Source: Staphylococcus phage vB_SscM-1. Taken from it: a stretch of DNA of 64,000 nt. The notes under the pieces were generated by a model. It was given only the letters and a program-made list of their open reading frames with translations, ran no database searches and had not been told where the DNA came from. Shown here in pieces: positions 58,404-64,000 of this stretch; within the stretch, counting starts at the first letter, position 1; the number at the start of each line of letters is the position of its first letter. Position numbers and translations under genes: made by a program. Location of the stretch: sequence record NC_047767.1; one strand, 5' to 3'.

Positions 58404-60026
58404 ATGGGAAGTGTTAAACTTAAAAGAAAACTACTTGACTATATTAAAGACAACGCAAAGGATAACTTATTTACAGTAGGTACGAAAAAAGAAATAGCAG
58501 AGTGCTTAGATTCAACTGTACCGACAATAAATAAACATCTTAAAACATTAGAAGAAGAGAAAGAAGTGGTAGTAGTTTCTAAACCAGGAAGAAATGGTGG
58601 GGTTATTATTACAGTACTGGATAATATCCATAACTCAGAAGAGTTTAAAGAATTCAAAAACTCTAGTGATGACATCATTACTTCTACTAAAAAATATGCA
58701 GAAGACTTAAGAGATAAACACTTCCCTACTTATAAGTATCAAAGAAAAGAAGTAAGAAGAAGAACTAAAAAAGAGATGATAGAATACAATGCTATAAAAG
58801 ATGAGAAGAGAAAAATAGTTCTTGACATGAACTTAGCATTAAGTACATCTCCTTACCCTACAAGAGAAATCTTCAATATGTCTTATGACCCAGAAGGATT
58901 TTTCAAAGCTTATATACTATGTAAGTTATATGACCAATACTGTATATCTCACATGTATGCTAAGTATACGACACATAAGCAACTAGCTAATGACTACACG
59001 TTAAAACCAGAGGAAATGACAAGACATAGTGAACTATCAAAATATTACTACCAACAATTTGTAATGTTGCTTCCTAGGAATAGTGCTAGTGAAGAATTTT
59101 TTGGTAGTAGGAACTTCAATACTTTCTATAACTTCTACATAAAAGTAAAAGATAGAAAGGATTTTAACATTTTTAAATACATACAAAACGTATTTAAGAA
59201 TGTTAGCTTCTCTTATGAGAATGGTTATTATAAAAACCCTATACCTGCACCTAACTATTTTAGTTCTGATAAATATATACAGTCTTATGAAAATTATATA
59301 CAAGGAATTAAAAAAGGTGTTAACAAAACAAACAGACACTTAGGAGCTGTAGAAGGGCTTATAAGTTCTAAAGATTACACAAACAATCCCGCATTATCTC
59401 AGCTACAACAAATGTATAGTGTAGGATTAAATAATGAAGTACATGATATAGAAGAGATGTTTAAACATGCATTAGACTTAGAAGAAGTAGAATTCGGATA
59501 TATTAGAGATGTTAAGCATTTGACATTACTAAACTTTAGTAATAAAGTAGATAAAGCTATACAGGAATTTGAAGAGCAGGATAAGGAGATTATGAATAAG
59601 TTTGTTAAACAGCTTATTATTAATGAGTATGCTCCAACATCTTTCCCTAAAACAGCTCATGTGTCTATGTTCCCAATGCAAAGACATCATATGGTATCAG
59701 AACTTAGATACCAAAATAAATCTATAAAAGATAATGCTTTAAACATAGGCTTGGTATCTACTAACCCTGATACTGAATTATTAGACAACCAAGACTTAGT
59801 AAACCTAACACAGGTTGCATATGATTATATAACAATGAGTAAATACAATTCTAATTATTATGTTATTAGGATGTTTGCAGACTTTATGGGATATGAAGTA
59901 AACTTAAAAGATGTTAAGAGAATTATTGAAAAATATTCTGTAAAAGACTTGATTCCATTAACAAAGTATGGTATGCTAGACTATGAAGAAATTAAGAGAG
60001 AGAATGAGGGAGCTAAACATGAGTAA
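58404..60026 (+). CDS. hypothetical replication-associated protein
   Basis: 540 aa, between helicase and DnaB-like ATPase genes. N-terminal HTH-like segment (TKKEIAECLDSTVPTINKHLKTLEE). Confidence 0.4.
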   Translation: MGSVKLKRKLLDYIKDNAKDNLFTVGTKKEIAECLDSTVPTINKHLKTLEEEKEVVVVSKPGRNGGVIITVLDNIHNSEEFKEFKNSSDDIITSTKKYAEDLRDKHFPTYKYQRKEVRRRTKKEMIEYNAIKDEKRKIVLDMNLALSTSPYPTREIFNMSYDPEGFFKAYILCKLYDQYCISHMYAKYTTHKQLANDYTLKPEEMTRHSELSKYYYQQFVMLLPRNSASEEFFGSRNFNTFYNFYIKVKDRKDFNIFKYIQNVFKNVSFSYENGYYKNPIPAPNYFSSDKYIQSYENYIQGIKKGVNKTNRHLGAVEGLISSKDYTNNPALSQLQQMYSVGLNNEVHDIEEMFKHALDLEEVEFGYIRDVKHLTLLNFSNKVDKAIQEFEEQDKEIMNKFVKQLIINEYAPTSFPKTAHVSMFPMQRHHMVSELRYQNKSIKDNALNIGLVSTNPDTELLDNQDLVNLTQVAYDYITMSKYNSNYYVIRMFADFMGYEVNLKDVKRIIEKYSVKDLIPLTKYGMLDYEEIKRENEGAKHE

Positions 60027-61458
60027 AAAAATAAAAGAGGTTATTTTACACAAATCTATGAAAGACCTTAACTTTGCTAAGGATGTATTAACTAATTTAC
60101 CTGGTAAACTATTTGAAGAGAGTATAGATATGAAGTCTATATTTACTGTTTTAAAGAGAACAGCTCATACATCAAGCAGTATATCAGGAGAATCTTTAGC
60201 AGTTAAACTAGAGGACTTAATGGGTCGTAACAAGCATTCAGAGGATGAAATAACGAACGCTTTAGCATATATGGATAAATTGTACACTGTACAAATAGAT
60301 GACCGTGATGAGTCTCTAAACAGTGAAATAGAGAAGTATGTAAAGACAGAAATGTCTAAAGATATCTTAACAAAGTTTATCATAGAAAATAAACAAGAAG
60401 ACTCTGAGAACTTAACAGAGCTTGTAACAAAGTTAAAAGAAATTGAAGTAAAAGATATTTCAGGTACATCCGGAGAATTCATTGATTTCTTTGAAGATGG
60501 TCATAAGAAATTAGAAGCCTTAAAACATATTGCATCTAACAAGTTCTCTACAGGCTTCGATGCTATAGATAGACAAATTGAAGGCGGTATTGCTAGAGGA
60601 GAAGTTGGGCTAGTTATTGCACCTACCGGAAGAGGTAAGTCTTTAATGGCTTCTAACTTAGCAAAGAACTACGTAAGAAGTGGACTTAATGTTTTATACA
60701 TTGGTTTAGAGGAAAAAATGGATAGAATGGTTCTTAGAGCAGAGCAACAAATGTTAGGTGTAGACAAGAGTATGTTAATGAATGAAGACATGACTCTTAA
60801 TGAAGAAGTATTTAATGCCTTACAAAGTAAGTATGAACAGAATAGAGAGGTATTAGGAAACTTTTATATCTCTAAACATATGCCACAACAAGTATCTCCT
60901 AACCAGTTAGAGCAGATAATTCTTAATACTTCTATTAAAAAAGATAAACATATAGATGTAGTAATTGTTGACTACCCTAAATTAATGAGAAACCCTTATG
61001 AAAAATACAGTTCTGAATCAGAAGCTGGAGGTAGACTATTCGAGGATATCCGAAGATTAGCTCAGCAATATGGGTTTGTATGTTGGACTCTAGCACAAAC
61101 AAACCGTGGAGCTTACAGTTCAGATGTTATTACAAGTGAGCACGTTGAGGGTTCAAGAAAAATACTTAACGCAGTTGAGGTTTCTCTTGTAGTTAACCAA
61201 AAAGATGAAGAGTTTAAAAATGGTTTCTTAAGACTTTATTTAGATAAAGTACGTAACAGTTCTAACACAGGAGAAAGATTTGTAAACCTTAAAGTAGAAC
61301 CTTCTAAGATGAGAGTTAGAGACGAGACACCAGAAGAAGAACAAGAACATAAACAGATACTTTCTGATAATGGTTCAGAAGATACAAGTAGATTTACAAA
61401 GAAGGAACAAAAGATTGAAGCAGTCAATAGTTCTTTCGGAGGAGAATTAATAGAATAA
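59983..61458 (+). CDS. DnaB-like/RecA-fold ATPase (replicative helicase-like)
   Basis: Walker A GRGKSLMASNLA and Walker B VVIVDYP, typical of the DnaB C-terminal domain. Confidence 0.55.
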   Translation: MKKLRERMRELNMSKKIKEVILHKSMKDLNFAKDVLTNLPGKLFEESIDMKSIFTVLKRTAHTSSSISGESLAVKLEDLMGRNKHSEDEITNALAYMDKLYTVQIDDRDESLNSEIEKYVKTEMSKDILTKFIIENKQEDSENLTELVTKLKEIEVKDISGTSGEFIDFFEDGHKKLEALKHIASNKFSTGFDAIDRQIEGGIARGEVGLVIAPTGRGKSLMASNLAKNYVRSGLNVLYIGLEEKMDRMVLRAEQQMLGVDKSMLMNEDMTLNEEVFNALQSKYEQNREVLGNFYISKHMPQQVSPNQLEQIILNTSIKKDKHIDVVIVDYPKLMRNPYEKYSSESEAGGRLFEDIRRLAQQYGFVCWTLAQTNRGAYSSDVITSEHVEGSRKILNAVEVSLVVNQKDEEFKNGFLRLYLDKVRNSSNTGERFVNLKVEPSKMRVRDETPEEEQEHKQILSDNGSEDTSRFTKKEQKIEAVNSSFGGELIE

Positions 61459-61473
61459 ATTTAAACATACCAC

Positions 61474-61502
61474 TTGACATTTTATATGTTAGGTGGTATA
61501 AT
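61474..61502 (+). promoter_or_regulatory. sigma-A consensus promoter TTGACA-N17-TATAAT
   Basis: -35 at 61474..61479 and -10 at 61497..61502. Confidence 0.55.
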
Positions 61503-61532
61503 TGTTTTATAAACAATAAAGGAGAGGTTATT

Positions 61533-61715
61533 ATGGAAATAGAATTTGATTATGAGGAGTTAGTCATTAACTATATCAATGAAAAAGGAGAAGTAGTTGA
61601 TTGTGTAGAGTACTATGAAACTTTCGAGGACTTACCAGATATACTAACTAGATTAGCAAAAGATGCTAGTGAAGGCAAAAAACTAAAAATTACAGTAAAG
61701 GGAGGAAGAAAATAA
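61533..61715 (+). CDS. hypothetical small protein
   Basis: 60-aa ORF with RBS aaaggagagg. Confidence 0.45.
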   Translation: MEIEFDYEELVINYINEKGEVVDCVEYYETFEDLPDILTRLAKDASEGKKLKITVKGGRK

Positions 61716-62734
61716 TGAAATTTTTATTCTTTACAGACAGTCATTTTCATTTATTTACAAATTATGCAAAACCAGATGAGCAGTATGAAAATGATAGATT
61801 TAGAGAACAGATAGAAGCATTACAAAAAGTGTTTGACATTGCTAAAGAAGAAAAAGCAACAGTTATATTTGGAGGGGATTTATTCCATAAACGTAACGCA
61901 GTAAACACTAAAGTATATAATTCAGTATTTAGTACTTTTGCTAAAAACCAAGATGTACAAGTATTACTACTTAGAGGTAATCATGATGCAACAACAAATT
62001 CATTATATACCGATTCTAGTATTGATACTTTTGATTATTTACCTAATGTTGATGTAATCAAATCACTCAGCACTGTAACTAAAGATAATGTTAATATTGT
62101 ATTCACTGCTTATGGAGATGAAACAAAGGAAATAAAAAGTTATATCAAGAACAGTTATGACAAAGATATGGTGAATATTCTAGTAAGTCATCTAGGTGTA
62201 GAGGGTTCATTAGTAGGTAAAGGTTCACATAGGTTGGAGGGTGCTTTTGGATACCAAGACTTACAACCAGATTTATATGATTTCATTCTATTAGGTCACT
62301 ATCACCGTAGACAATATTTCAGTAACCCTAATCATTTATATGGAGGGTCTTTAATGCAACAATCATTTTCTGATGAACAAGAGGCTAATGGTGTACATTT
62401 AATTGATACAGGAAAAATGACTACAGAATTTATTCCTATTGAAACAAGAAAGTTTATTACAGTACAAGGAGATAATATTCCTGAGAATATAGATGAGTTA
62501 GTAGAGCAAGGACATTTCATTAGATTTATAGGTACACCAGAACAAGCTAAGGCATTAGAATTAGATGAAGTAGAGTCAAATGTACAAGTACAAATGAAAA
62601 AGAAATATACAGTAGAGAAACGTATAGACTCGGAGGTCACAGATGACCCTGTAACGATTGCTTCTAGCTACGCTGATAAATACTACCCAGAAGCTAAAGA
62701 TAAGATTGTAGAGTGTCTTAAGGAGGTTTTATAA
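61715..62734 (+). CDS. sbcD: SbcD/Mre11-family nuclease
   Basis: Calcineurin-like phosphoesterase motifs DSHFH, GGDLFH, GNHD, GHYH. Confidence 0.7.
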   Translation: MKFLFFTDSHFHLFTNYAKPDEQYENDRFREQIEALQKVFDIAKEEKATVIFGGDLFHKRNAVNTKVYNSVFSTFAKNQDVQVLLLRGNHDATTNSLYTDSSIDTFDYLPNVDVIKSLSTVTKDNVNIVFTAYGDETKEIKSYIKNSYDKDMVNILVSHLGVEGSLVGKGSHRLEGAFGYQDLQPDLYDFILLGHYHRRQYFSNPNHLYGGSLMQQSFSDEQEANGVHLIDTGKMTTEFIPIETRKFITVQGDNIPENIDELVEQGHFIRFIGTPEQAKALELDEVESNVQVQMKKKYTVEKRIDSEVTDDPVTIASSYADKYYPEAKDKIVECLKEVL

Positions 62735-63102
62735 TGACTTGGTATGATAAATTTAAAGACAATGTAGATACAAGTAAATTAGATGTAGATAGATTAACCG
62801 AAGATTTAGTTAAGTATGTTGAGAACACAAGACCTAAAATAAGAAAATTAGACATTTCAAATGTAGAAGATACTAACCTAGACAAACGTAAACCTTTACT
62901 ACAATTTGTAGATTATGATAATGTAGTAGAGAACATATGTAATGTAAAAGATATTAATGAAGGGCTAGAAAAGATAAGTCAGATACTAAAAGATAGTAAC
63001 TATGAGAGTCATTATTTTAGAACATATGAAATAGAGGGCATGTGGCATATAGATTATGGTTCACATACTACACAATTTAGAGTTACGAAAGGGGATAACT
63101 AA
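62734..63102 (+). CDS. hypothetical protein
   Basis: 122-aa ORF coupled between the sbcD and sbcC genes. Confidence 0.45.
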   Translation: MTWYDKFKDNVDTSKLDVDRLTEDLVKYVENTRPKIRKLDISNVEDTNLDKRKPLLQFVDYDNVVENICNVKDINEGLEKISQILKDSNYESHYFRTYEIEGMWHIDYGSHTTQFRVTKGDN

Positions 63103-64000
63103 TGGTTGTATTTAAAAGAGTAGAAATGAATAACTTTATGGCAGTAAAAGAAGCAACTTTAGACTTAGACAATAGAGGGTTAGTACTTATAGAAGGGAAA
63201 AATAAATCCAACGATTCATTTACTTCCAATGGGGCATCTAAGACAACTCTTATTACATCTATTACTTATGCTTTATATGGTAAGACAGAGAAGGGTTTAA
63301 AAGCAGATGAAGTTGTTAATAGAATTGAGAAAAAGAATACGTATGTTAAACTAACATTCTTTGTTGGTGACGATGAGTATAGAATTGAGAGATATAGGAA
63401 AGATAAAACACATAAAAATAAGGTATTGTTATTCTGTAATGATAAGGAGATAACAGGCTCTACTAATGATGTAACAGATAAAGCTATACAAGACCTGTTC
63501 GGTATTGAGTTTAACACCTATGTCAACGCTATTATGTACGGACAAGGAGATATTCCTATGTTCAGTCAAGCAACAGATAAGGGTAAAAAAGAAATACTTG
63601 AATCTATTACTAATGTAGAAGTATATAAAAAAGCACAAGATGTTGCTAAAGAAAAAATAAAAGAAATAGAACAAGAGCAACAATCTAAAGAGTCAGATAT
63701 TAATCAACTTAAATTTAAGGTTAGTATGTTAGAAGAGCAATATGACAAAGACTTAGACTATTACAAAAGTGTGATGGAACAAAAGAAACAAGAAGAGGAG
63801 TCTATCGAACAAGCTAAAAAAGAAGCTGAGAAACAAAGAGAAGAGATAAGCAAACAGATTGAAGAAGTTAAAAATAATATTCCTCAAGTAGAGGAAACAG
63901 AGTTTGAATTCTCAGATAGTTATTACAAAGCTCAAGAAGCAATTAATAAACTAGAAACTCATAAGAAAGATAAGTTATTACCTGCAGAACAAGAAGTTAC
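63103..64000 (+). CDS. sbcC: SbcC/Rad50-like ATPase, N-terminal part (continues beyond window)
   Basis: ATG at 63103. N-terminal P-loop region (LVLIEGKNKSNDSFTSNGASKTTL) followed by long coiled coil. No stop before the window end. Confidence 0.6.

Overview
This 64-kb window is the lysis-to-structural-to-replication core of a low-GC, Herelleviridae-type (SPO1/Twort-like) virulent myovirus. The gene order is what places it: two endolysins, a split large terminase, portal, prohead protease, acidic scaffold-like protein, major capsid, tail sheath, a split tail tube, tape measure with a lysozyme-like domain, a CHAP tail hydrolase, a GDPD-like protein, baseplate and fibre proteins, then SF2 helicase, DnaB-like ATPase, SbcD and SbcC. 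The GDPD-like gene and this order fit a Staphylococcus Twort-like phage best. That is an inference from memory, not a database search.

Four points stand out:

- **Introns and homing endonucleases.** The large terminase gene is split into three exons by two closely related group I introns, and the second intron carries a homing endonuclease with a DUF559/Vsr-like nuclease domain. The tail tube gene is also split by two group I introns, and its last exon is only 20 nt. A paralogous endonuclease sits just downstream of it with its own promoter.
- **ORF-free block.** A 2.65-kb stretch at 4411..7088 has no ORF of 60 codons or more and is visibly more GC-rich than its flanks. It contains three perfect or near-perfect sigma-A-type promoters on the minus strand and one tRNA-like T-arm/acceptor element. 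I read it as a candidate cluster of structured non-coding RNAs or a decayed tRNA region.
- **Recurrent consensus promoters.** TTGACA/T-N17-TATAAT promoters, often paired with clean rho-independent terminators, recur throughout the window. Two sit in tandem at 7342..7455, and one is embedded in the portal terminator hairpin.
- **Lysis module.** Two separate endolysins share a cell-wall-binding module present in three copies.

There is no integrase, CRISPR array or rRNA. Many antisense ORFs in the supplied track are artefacts.
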